Source: a virus. From it: a DNA stretch of 64,000 nucleotides. The notes under the pieces are model-generated. The model saw only the letters and a program-made list of their open reading frames with translations, had not been told where the DNA came from and searched no databases. The stretch covers positions 32,001 to 96,000 of the IMG/VR virus record IMGVR_UViG_3300021375_000007; one strand, written 5' to 3'. This document shows, piece after piece, positions 39,701 through 48,100 of this stretch. Position 1 is the first letter of the stretch; each line of letters opens with the position of its first letter. Both the position numbers and the translations under genes were made by a program.

Positions 39701-39929
39701 TTACAAGATCAACCGATTCCGGTGATAAGTCTGTTTTAGAATGTACAATATCACCTGCAATATAAATTACACTATTAGGTGTTTTTGTACTTTTAATATA
39801 AGTATATAATCTATTAAATACAATTCGGTATTCTTTATGACGTTTTAAATTACGTACATGCACATCTGCAATGTGGTATATTCGGTCTATTTTAGATATT
39901 CCTATATCTATTTTCTTTATAGCATGCAT
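36774..39929 (-). CDS. Fused Mre11/SbcD nuclease - Rad50/SbcC ATPase (gp47-gp46)
   Basis: Phosphoesterase motifs DVH, GDIVH, GNHD and GDIH; Walker A APNASGKS; coiled coil with CTYC Zn hook; SGME signature; IDEGFGNLD; ISH. Confidence 0.93.
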   Translation of the reverse strand: MHAIKKIDIGISKIDRIYHIADVHVRNLKRHKEYRIVFNRLYTYIKSTKTPNSVIYIAGDIVHSKTDLSPESVDLVSEFFTKCAEIAPTIIIAGNHDCNLNNSYRLDAITPIVNAINHPSVYYLKDTDIYELGDCQFNVMSVFDKPADFIRGAEFEGTNKIALHHGAVHNATTDLGISLSNTHVTNDLFAGHDLVLLGDIHKTQYLNNEKTIAYPGSLIQQSHGEALVHGIMVWDVAQRESEFVPIKNDYGYYTFEVKNGKIVNASNNVPPKPRLRLKVTDTDTSALKLIVTELKQKYKVKELSIQRINNLNQSAVTRKINFADYREVESQNKIISEYLTDNYVISEPVLDAIRHINRKVHSKIPELVANRNVTWIPKVFEFSNMFSYGDSNKIDFTNMTGTYGLFAPNASGKSTLLDALSFCCFDKCSRTSKARHVLNNKKSSFQSKFEFELEGRPYYIERSGVKNNHGHVRVLVNFWSIDEEGNKVLLNGDQRDSTNKIIRTYLGTYDDFILTALSLQNNNTGFIDKSQRERKDLLSQFLDIDIFDQQYQIANEEIKETAAAIKEHKRTDYSTELSDAITTINSVSASLQEYDKERNSLIEIRTALSTELLNTTKDLKPVDSELTDIKYLQGQYSHFTQSAVILEGTIHDWDINLKETEELIKTTRAAYDILIADRLPEKIEECETAIYYIKSLHGNLKVQQDILSHKESLASQLESHEYDPNCTYCTSNPIVQTAIIESESIPDITSKIDDLTNKITYSSSIYNKNSYNTLVSELGTAESDLGDAIKKESSIKYELSKINSEYQAVKWNLDKYIDLLAKAEEQKEIVKANKELNEQIVIIESELSDTESEINEIESTLSKLRPRLIIAQKTKTDVEKSIDRLIELEQSYTGYEYYLKAVKRDGVPYDLITKALPQIEAEVNNILTQIVEFTILLNTDGKNINAYIVYDTDNYWPLELTSGMEKFISSLAIRASLIHISSLPRPNFIAIDEGFGNLDSDNLNSMYMLFDYLKSQFGFILSISHIDAMRDIVDSLIEIKKESGYSKISYD

Positions 39930-40840
39930 AAAATCTTCTCTTCCATTAATCGTTCCTCAGTGAGCCTATGAGTATTATCAATATAAGAAATAATATTCTG
40001 AAATCCTATTTCCGACGGATCTTTATCCTGAATATCAACAAAGTAAACTTCAATACCATTGCCCATGAAATATTCAGCCGTTTCAAATGCTTGCTTCCGT
40101 GCATCTTTATCTAAACACACATATATTGATGTTACTTGTTTTTCTACAATCCTCATTTTAAGTGTATTGCTAATCGTTTTACCAAATAACGGTATCGCAT
40201 TACGCTTTACGGCTATAGCATCAAATGCACCTTCGACTAGTATAATTGGCAAGTCCCAATTGATAAATAATTCAAACCCTATAATATCTTTAGATACCGG
40301 TGGATTATTATATTTAAAATTATCTGACTCATAATATGCTCGGGATACAAAATAATTCAACGAACCATTCGCGTCATAGCTAGGTATAATAATTTTGCCA
40401 CCATACTTGCCAGACTCACAGTAACCAATTCTATATTTCAATATATCAGCAATGCCTATAGCACGCGTTCTTAAATATGCAACTGCATTTCTATATTCTG
40501 GGTTTTTAGCATCTAATTCCCATAATGGTTTGAATTCTGCAGGTAATTCGACAACCGGTGTTTCTGTAGTAGTAACTTTATGTTTATATTCAGTTTCATC
40601 TAGCAATGTAAATAGATTTGAAATGCGTATTCTATCTACCTTAAGCTTTTTAAATAGCGTTACTAATTTTCTACCAGCTGCGTTACACGTCCAACAATGC
40701 CATGACTGATTAACATGGCTTACTTCAAGTTTACGTTTATGATGATGACAGAAAGGACAGAAATATGCAACATTACCTTTGTTAGTTGCACGCCCTTTAC
40801 CTAATACCGATTCGATTAGTCCGTCTAGTTTATAACCCAT
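39917..40840 (-). CDS. DNA primase (DnaG/gp61-like)
   Basis: CPFC...HCWTC Zn-binding domain; TOPRIM motifs LVEGAFDA, LDKDA and KDPSE. Confidence 0.92.
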   Translation of the reverse strand: MGYKLDGLIESVLGKGRATNKGNVAYFCPFCHHHKRKLEVSHVNQSWHCWTCNAAGRKLVTLFKKLKVDRIRISNLFTLLDETEYKHKVTTTETPVVELPAEFKPLWELDAKNPEYRNAVAYLRTRAIGIADILKYRIGYCESGKYGGKIIIPSYDANGSLNYFVSRAYYESDNFKYNNPPVSKDIIGFELFINWDLPIILVEGAFDAIAVKRNAIPLFGKTISNTLKMRIVEKQVTSIYVCLDKDARKQAFETAEYFMGNGIEVYFVDIQDKDPSEIGFQNIISYIDNTHRLTEERLMEEKILCML

Positions 40841-40948
40841 ATATTATATATTAGCGAGATCATTGATAAACCAACAATCTCGTTTCGTCTTTGATTTTCA
40901 TTCATTGCATTCTGAAAACAAAAACAAAAAATTATTATTATTTTCTTT

Positions 40949-40976
40949 AATATAAGAAAAAAATCCAAAAGGTCAA
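40949..40976 (-). promoter_or_regulatory. Host-type (-33/-7) promoter upstream of the primase operon
   Basis: Sense TTG-N19-TATATTAA. Confidence 0.6.
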
Positions 40977-40980
40977 GAGC

Positions 40981-41400
40981 TCAAAAGAACTTTTTTTCAT
41001 TTATCCATGATTCTGGTATTTGTTTCTCAGCCCATTGGATACCATGTTTGTCACAATAATCAGCATAAGTTGTCTTGGACCCCTTACTTATTTTTGATTT
41101 AGCCGACTGGAATACTAACCTAATATCTAATTCAGGTTGCTGTTTTTTAATTAGTAAATGCTTCTTTCTATCAGCAGCTACCCATCTACCTTTAGTTTCT
41201 ACTAATATGCCATTTGGCAATGTAAAGTCAACAGTATACTTACTCTTTCTTTCCGGTATTGTATATTCTATTACAGTATCCTCATATCCAAACTCAATCT
41301 TTTGTTCAGTTAATTGCTCTGATACTTTATGTTCGAATCCCGATCGATAGCCATGCTTTAACGCGGCTCTCCGGGCACGTGAATTAGATCCCCATCCCAT
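40981..41400 (-). CDS. T7 endonuclease I-like Holliday junction resolvase
   Basis: YRSGFE, YTVDFTLPNGILVETKG, DRKKHLLIK.Q.PELDIRLVF and KISKGSKTTYADYC motifs. Confidence 0.93.
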   Translation of the reverse strand: MGWGSNSRARRAALKHGYRSGFEHKVSEQLTEQKIEFGYEDTVIEYTIPERKSKYTVDFTLPNGILVETKGRWVAADRKKHLLIKKQQPELDIRLVFQSAKSKISKGSKTTYADYCDKHGIQWAEKQIPESWINEKKFF

Positions 41401-41415
41401 AACTTTTTCCTTAAA

Positions 41416-43155
41416 TTAATAATCCCATCTAACAATGAAATTTAAATCAACATCATTTCTTTTTTGTATCGCCTGAGCCAATTTACCAACCGCTAGCAAT
41501 TCGCAGTTATCATTATATAATCCAATCTCAGTTACATATGGTAATAGAGATCCGGTAGTCATTCCATCTATTCGCAATGAATCATATCCTTGCTTGACTG
41601 CTGATGGGTTAACTGATACATTCATCGTATCTTTAGGTATATTGCATAATACCGTATTTTCATATACTGTATGAGTGCCTTTATAATTAGCTGTAAATGC
41701 ACCTTGCAATGTATCGTGATATTTCGGCAATGGTGATGATACTACCATATGGCCGTTACGATAAAACACGTTTCCTGCGACATTTGTTTGATATAATGAA
41801 CCTGATATATAATGTGCGTTAGCTAAAGATTGTATCTCGGAATCCGTACAAGCATAATCATAAAATCTGATTTCTGCTAAACTACCGGAAAAATATCCAT
41901 ATGTTCTAGTAGTAGTATCTGCATTGCCAAATATCAATTGTGTATTAGTTTCAGTATAACCAATATTAGATGTATTAGCTGAAATAGTAAATGAACCAGT
42001 GGCACCATTGAAATATGGTTGTAATACATTATTTCGATGTACCAACGCTACATGATTCCAGGAACCAGTAACCGGATATGATAATTTACTAGCATCTATC
42101 ATAGCAGTTGCAACACCATTATCACCACCAATTGAAAATTGCATATCTCCTCGTCTCGTATCGCCAGTATTTCGAGTAGCTAATGATTCAATATGCATGG
42201 GAAATCTTTTAGATACCGTACGATCGGATTCTGATAATAGTAGCTCACTGTAATCATTAGCAATTGAACTTGTTACATATGATTCCAATAATCCTGTTAC
42301 CTGATTATATCGAGTTAATTCTTTTTCATACCTTTTAGATATAATAGGTCTCCATTGATCGGTAGGATATCCATTATGGTCAGATTTAATCCAAAATGAT
42401 ATTGACCAATCTTTTGTAGGATAGAAATTAAAATCTTTAATATGTTGTGTTGCAATATTATTATTGTTAACAAACTTTCCTGACAGGCCACTAGCACTAA
42501 TAGCACTAGTAGCAACGCCATTCTCTAAAACAACATTATTAATAGTAGACCCAAATTCTGGAGTAAAGGTTCGGCTATCAAACGGCATTGAACCATTTAA
42601 AGTTCCGGTTTGGTTTTGAAACTTACGGAACTCGTTATTGAAAGACCAATATGCAATTAATTTTTTACGGTTAGCAAACGAAGCAGAATTAATTAATGCA
42701 TCTCGTAAATTACCATTACCATCATCCTGTAAAGTGAAATTAGGAGTTTCAATTGAAACACTATTTGCCTTAATCCGCTCTCCCATTTCGAAATAAGGAA
42801 CGGATAATAATGATGCAGAATAAAACAAAAACTTATCTGTTTTTCGTCTATCAGTTAATTCTGCTGCCTTAGCAGGATCGTATGGATGGCGATAATATCG
42901 ATGGTCTATAGCATTCCAGGCTATATGCTGATTAATACCATTTGTATTGGTAGGATCATTCGCCGCAGAACTTGCACTAATGGATGGAGTTCTTTTTGCA
43001 TGAATTGCATGTAATAATTCATAACCAGCTGGTACGCCGGATGGCTCTCCACTATCATTGGTGGTTTGAGCGATGGCATAATTCTTGTAAGTCTGAAAAG
43101 GCGTAAACTGCTTATCGCTAGGTCGTAATGCTCGAAATACTGACGGTTGTGGCAT
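41416..43155 (-). CDS. Baseplate/fibre protein with LamG (concanavalin A-like) domain
   Basis: WSISFWIK, WNHVALV and FSGSLAEIRFY LamG motifs; C-terminal YVTEIGLYND..ELLAVGKL tail-collar-like motif. Confidence 0.75.
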   Translation of the reverse strand: MPQPSVFRALRPSDKQFTPFQTYKNYAIAQTTNDSGEPSGVPAGYELLHAIHAKRTPSISASSAANDPTNTNGINQHIAWNAIDHRYYRHPYDPAKAAELTDRRKTDKFLFYSASLLSVPYFEMGERIKANSVSIETPNFTLQDDGNGNLRDALINSASFANRKKLIAYWSFNNEFRKFQNQTGTLNGSMPFDSRTFTPEFGSTINNVVLENGVATSAISASGLSGKFVNNNNIATQHIKDFNFYPTKDWSISFWIKSDHNGYPTDQWRPIISKRYEKELTRYNQVTGLLESYVTSSIANDYSELLLSESDRTVSKRFPMHIESLATRNTGDTRRGDMQFSIGGDNGVATAMIDASKLSYPVTGSWNHVALVHRNNVLQPYFNGATGSFTISANTSNIGYTETNTQLIFGNADTTTRTYGYFSGSLAEIRFYDYACTDSEIQSLANAHYISGSLYQTNVAGNVFYRNGHMVVSSPLPKYHDTLQGAFTANYKGTHTVYENTVLCNIPKDTMNVSVNPSAVKQGYDSLRIDGMTTGSLLPYVTEIGLYNDNCELLAVGKLAQAIQKRNDVDLNFIVRWDY

Positions 43156-43171
43156 ATCGTGACATTATTTG

Positions 43172-44449
43172 TTAAAAGTCTAATTTAACTTTGATAAGTG
43201 CTTCTCTTGTAAAGGCTTTCAATACTGGCTTGCTTAATTTAGCAACAGCAAGCATTTCTTTTCTATCATTATATAATCCAACCGTTGTAAGATATACTTG
43301 AGGATCATTAACAAAAGTACTAAATGCTAACTGACCTAATGATCCGGTTACAAATGAAGGATTGTTTGAATAATTATATTCTCCATTCTTAACACGTACA
43401 TAATAATAAGTAGATTTTACTTGTTCCGATGATCTTGCTTGAATACCAAATTCATCGGATCCTTGAGTGATAGTAGCGGCTCCTGATATAGCAGTGAATA
43501 ATTTCATTGCATTATCACCTTGAACCTGGGATCCTGTTACTGTTTCGAAAGATGCATCTGCATCTAATGTATCAGCATTAAAAATTGCATATCCATGCTG
43601 AGGATAAAGGAGTCCATAATAAGTCGGAGTAGCTGGAGTATTAATACCATCTACAATTGAACCGGATACTAAGTTATAAACTAATCCAGCCTCAGATACA
43701 TCTCCTAAAGAAGCTCCGGAATCATCAATAACTCTTAATACTCTATTAGTACCATCTAATTGAACATTCGATCCAGTCATACCAGCATTAGACGATTCCC
43801 CACCTGCAACCGCTTGAGAACCTGATAAAAATGCAATATTGAATTCTACGTTACCTGGATCTAATTTTTCACGGAATCTAGCTCGATTAAAATTAACTAT
43901 ATAAATTCTATCGGTATCAACTCCATTAATAGTAAATTTAGTATCATTAGGCTCTAATACCAATTGAGCATATTGTTTATAAATAGCTCGAGTAGGAGTA
44001 TCATTATTTAAGTTACCTGTTAAATCAACAGAGCCAGATCCTAATCTATCGCCAAATGCAATAGATAATTGTGATGAACCTGTCCCTAATGGATTGCCAT
44101 TAAATACGTTTTGAAAATAAGTTTTCTGAGTTGCCGTAGCAGTCGAAGAAGTAAAGTAAGTTAAAAGGTTACCGACATTGTTTGAAAATAAAGCTTTTGT
44201 AACAGTTTCCTGTTGATTAGGAATAACATCTTCTGCGGGATCGAAGGTAGTAAATACTCTACCTAATCTAGCCGTTCTAGCAGCGACCTCTCTTTCTCGT
44301 ATAATCTGATTAGCCAATTGACTAGCTAATGATTGTATTTGCTGAGTAGTTGATGTGTTTGATGTTTCACCTGCAGGGGAAGCTGGCGTTCTTACTAAGG
44401 CTCTCCTGGTTTCTGCTGTACGTCTGACTGGTCTATTATTAAATGCCAT
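43172..44449 (-). CDS. Baseplate/tail-collar-like structural protein
   Basis: C-terminal YLTTVGLYNDRKEMLAVAKLSKP...IKVKLDF, paralogous to the C-terminus of 41416-43155. Confidence 0.72.
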   Translation of the reverse strand: MAFNNRPVRRTAETRRALVRTPASPAGETSNTSTTQQIQSLASQLANQIIREREVAARTARLGRVFTTFDPAEDVIPNQQETVTKALFSNNVGNLLTYFTSSTATATQKTYFQNVFNGNPLGTGSSQLSIAFGDRLGSGSVDLTGNLNNDTPTRAIYKQYAQLVLEPNDTKFTINGVDTDRIYIVNFNRARFREKLDPGNVEFNIAFLSGSQAVAGGESSNAGMTGSNVQLDGTNRVLRVIDDSGASLGDVSEAGLVYNLVSGSIVDGINTPATPTYYGLLYPQHGYAIFNADTLDADASFETVTGSQVQGDNAMKLFTAISGAATITQGSDEFGIQARSSEQVKSTYYYVRVKNGEYNYSNNPSFVTGSLGQLAFSTFVNDPQVYLTTVGLYNDRKEMLAVAKLSKPVLKAFTREALIKVKLDF

Positions 44450-44462
44450 TTTCTTTTACCTT

Positions 44463-45134
44463 TTATGATTGCGATGTCGGTGCACCCGCCGTAGTAGCAA
44501 CTTCCAATCTACGCACAGTTAAGTTAATAGTAGCACGACCACCTGTCTCATTTCCTATAATTAATATAGTAGCTGATTTATCTGATAATAATTGCTCTTT
44601 TGCGGTTATTTCAAATTCAATGCCGGATACTGTTACAGATTGGGCGGCTTCATTATCACCAACGAATTGCGGTACTGTTGCACCGGAACTATTTGGAGCT
44701 GATCTTACAACTCTAACTTCAGCCACATCTGAATCAGAAAGAATAACTGTATATCCAAAGGATTGATTACCATTCTGGAAATTAACCGTTTGTGGATTAA
44801 TTCTTGTCTGCTCGCCTGATTCTAAATTAATAGTGTTTTGAGCTACTCTTACAACTGGTATCCTTGCAGTACCTTTTGGTAGTGTTACTAATTTATATTT
44901 CATCATCTGCGTTTCATCTGTCAACGCTTCAACAATTGGCAAATTCTCGATAGCCGCACCATAATATGCAGTACCTAATGGATGTGCCGGATTATATAAA
45001 TCGTAATCAATTTCAGAATCAGCTAAAGCAAATTGCGTGATTTGAAATTCATCTCTACCACGTGCTAATAATTCTCTACCTTTTTTTGTGAGAATTGCGT
45101 CTACTGTAATAGAACTATTGTTTAAGTATCCCAT
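44463..45134 (-). CDS. Baseplate structural protein
   Basis: DAILTKKGRELLARG...ITQFALADSEIDY motif; late motif upstream. Confidence 0.7.
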   Translation of the reverse strand: MGYLNNSSITVDAILTKKGRELLARGRDEFQITQFALADSEIDYDLYNPAHPLGTAYYGAAIENLPIVEALTDETQMMKYKLVTLPKGTARIPVVRVAQNTINLESGEQTRINPQTVNFQNGNQSFGYTVILSDSDVAEVRVVRSAPNSSGATVPQFVGDNEAAQSVTVSGIEFEITAKEQLLSDKSATILIIGNETGGRATINLTVRRLEVATTAGAPTSQS

Positions 45135-45175
45135 AGTTTTACTTCCTTTTTAATAAATATACGCATGCTCGATAA

Positions 45176-48100
45176 TTACCTGATTCTCAAATTACCGTTA
45201 CGTGCATTCTGTGAATATATGATTTGATTTGGATTAGTTTCAAATACCGTTACTACAGCGCTATTGTCTGGTGTCTGTGTTGTCGGTACGTTTATATCTG
45301 CAGATGTTATACGACATCCATTATAATATAGATTATCTGTCTGAGTGAAGAAATCATCGTTATATGCAGCTGTTTCTAACGATCGGCTCACTACAATATC
45401 TAGATTGATATTCGAAGCTTGTATACGTGCATGCGGATCTCTAATAATTCGGTGATGTGGATATTGCCATAATCGTTCTACTTCAGATTGTGATAGCCGT
45501 ATACCATCATAAATTTGAACTTGTCCTATTAATCCCGCAAATCCATACGTACCACCATTTGCACCATCGGCACGCATACCAGAACCAATGCACCCAAATA
45601 TAGACTGCTTAGCTATCCAATCTATATAAAAATCAGCACCGCCATAAGCTATACCATTAATCCATAATTGGATATTAGTAGCATTGCCACTATCACCGCC
45701 ATCATATACTAATACAAAATGGTTTAAATCTTCTCTATTAAAATCGTTACCTACATACCATTCGGCGTATGGATATTCATTTGGAGAAATAAAGTGATAT
45801 TGTGGACTAAATCCAATTCCATTATGGTTACGAAATGATATAAATGGATTATTAGTATTATCAGCACCAAACATTACACGCAACGATCCGGTATGTCCAA
45901 CGTCTTCTTGAGCTAACCAAGATAAACTCCAGGAACCGCTAGGGCCACTACTAGGTATTCTTATATCATTAATATCAACAAACTCTCGACCATTATATCT
46001 TGCCTCTGATGATGATACAGATGCACTTACTCGAGTTAAGTTACCAGAATAAAAATTAAAATCAACAGGCTCGGTTGGAAATGGATCTACTTGAACATCT
46101 GATAATGAAATTTGGTTTAATGCAATACCCGTCGGTGTTGCCGAGGATGACTGTGCGTTAAATGCAAGATATAATTTTTGTGTCTGGTTAAACCCTGTCA
46201 GATCAAAACTAAATCGCGAGCCAGATCTACTAACCCCTACTCCTAAGGCCGATGGTGCAACACCACCTATTAATAGTGGTGCAAAATTATCGGCATAGGT
46301 TAATCCAGGTACTGAGCCTGTTATTGATGCGGAAAAATGAAATTGGTATGATGCATTACTAATACGATTAGTTAATTCAGCTGAAGATGTAGCATATATA
46401 AGTTTGAAGTCATATGTCTCTGTATTTAGACCATTCAATGGCTTGATATCATCTATATGAATTTTAGTCCGGCCATTATCCGTAAAATATCCAGAGCCGG
46501 AATATGGCCGGGTTGTGCCGTTATAATCATATGGTCCATATGGTCCTTGAGCATTAAACTCAACCTGCAGCCAACTAGTTGGATTAGCTGTCGCCTGGAT
46601 TATTGCGTTATCTAATACATATCCTGCAATTAAATCCGGAGCTCCTAAAATCCATGACCATGGACGGAAATTATTCGTAGGATGATTTGAAGAAGTTACT
46701 AATAAGAATTTACCAAAATTACCAGCTGTTATATCCAATTGGTTTGCAGTAGACCCGGTAGTGTCATTAAGTACTCTTTTATTACCTGTAGAACGTTCTG
46801 TATTTAAACTTAAATCATGAGCCCTACCATTAATATAGTTATTTAATGGATAGTGTCTAAAAGACTGGTTAGGATTATAATCACGCTCTACCTGCCGAAA
46901 TATTTCCGATTCTCTAGGATTTCTAATAACACTGCAAGTTGCCGGTATTTCAATATCATTATTATAATATCCAGTACTGGATGCAGTATATAATGCTTCT
47001 GTTATCGTATAGCTCATAGGAGCAAATGGATCTGAACCTGAGAATTCTGCTGTAAACGTGCCTGGCGTATTATCATAACCACTTGCACTTATATGGAATA
47101 CCGTACTTGCTTTTAGCAAATCTGCTACCGGCTGAATAGATCCTGAATACAATATATAGTCAGCTGATGAGGTTGGCTCTTTATCATCTATTAGAGCGGA
47201 ATAAGCAGGCTGTTCTACCGTCGGCTTATCATTTAATAAAACTTTAGAACGCTCTAATACGTTAGGTTCGACTAGCAATCCAACACTAGGTATAACACGT
47301 GCCGGTAACATTTGTTTTATCTGCTCGAATAAGCTAAAATCATATAAACTAAATACGCGAATATAATCATTTATATCATTTCTATCCGTATACTTTTTCC
47401 AATACTGCTGAGCAAATTTAGTTAGGTCTGGATAGCTCATTTCAAACTGATCATTCGGATCACCGATGTAATCATCCAATTCTACCGGTCCGATATGATT
47501 GAAAATTTCTTTGTTATATTGATCGGCAGCACTATAAAATAATCCTAATCGTTCTGAATCGATAGGTGCATTTTCAAATTTACTTCTTTGTGCTGTATTT
47601 TCTGGTGATAACACATTAACCAATCGATTATTATCTAATCTAATTTTTTGGCTACGGAAATTATTACCTCCTAAGGAAGGAGCGTCAACATAATATGTTT
47701 CTATATTATTATCATAATTAGTTTCATTTGCAAATCCACTAGCTGTTGCAAAAGTAGTCATTCCAGCACCAAAAGATAATTTGCTTTGATCTGGATGTGA
47801 ACTAGTAATGCTTGTAATTACAGAATGATTAAAAGTATGTTGATCGGTACCGAACACATAATGACGAGTTAATGTATCAAATGACGATGTTTCATTGTTA
47901 CCTACATATGAAGTAGGATTAAAAGTATGCAAATCAAAAGTAGCATCATTAATCTTTTCAATATATTCACGATATTCTTGAATAGATCCACTTAACCCTT
48001 GAGTAATACCAACAGCAGAATTTGCAATACCTCCTACGTAATGCAAATCAGGCGTACGCCAGGCTTCATTATAACTTGCACTATTAGCCCCAGCCATTTG

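Noticed and set aside
6562-42521. Short nested minus-strand ORFs (6562-6774, 11210-11446, 42315-42521)
   Set aside because: Out-of-frame within established genes, with no motif or initiation signal
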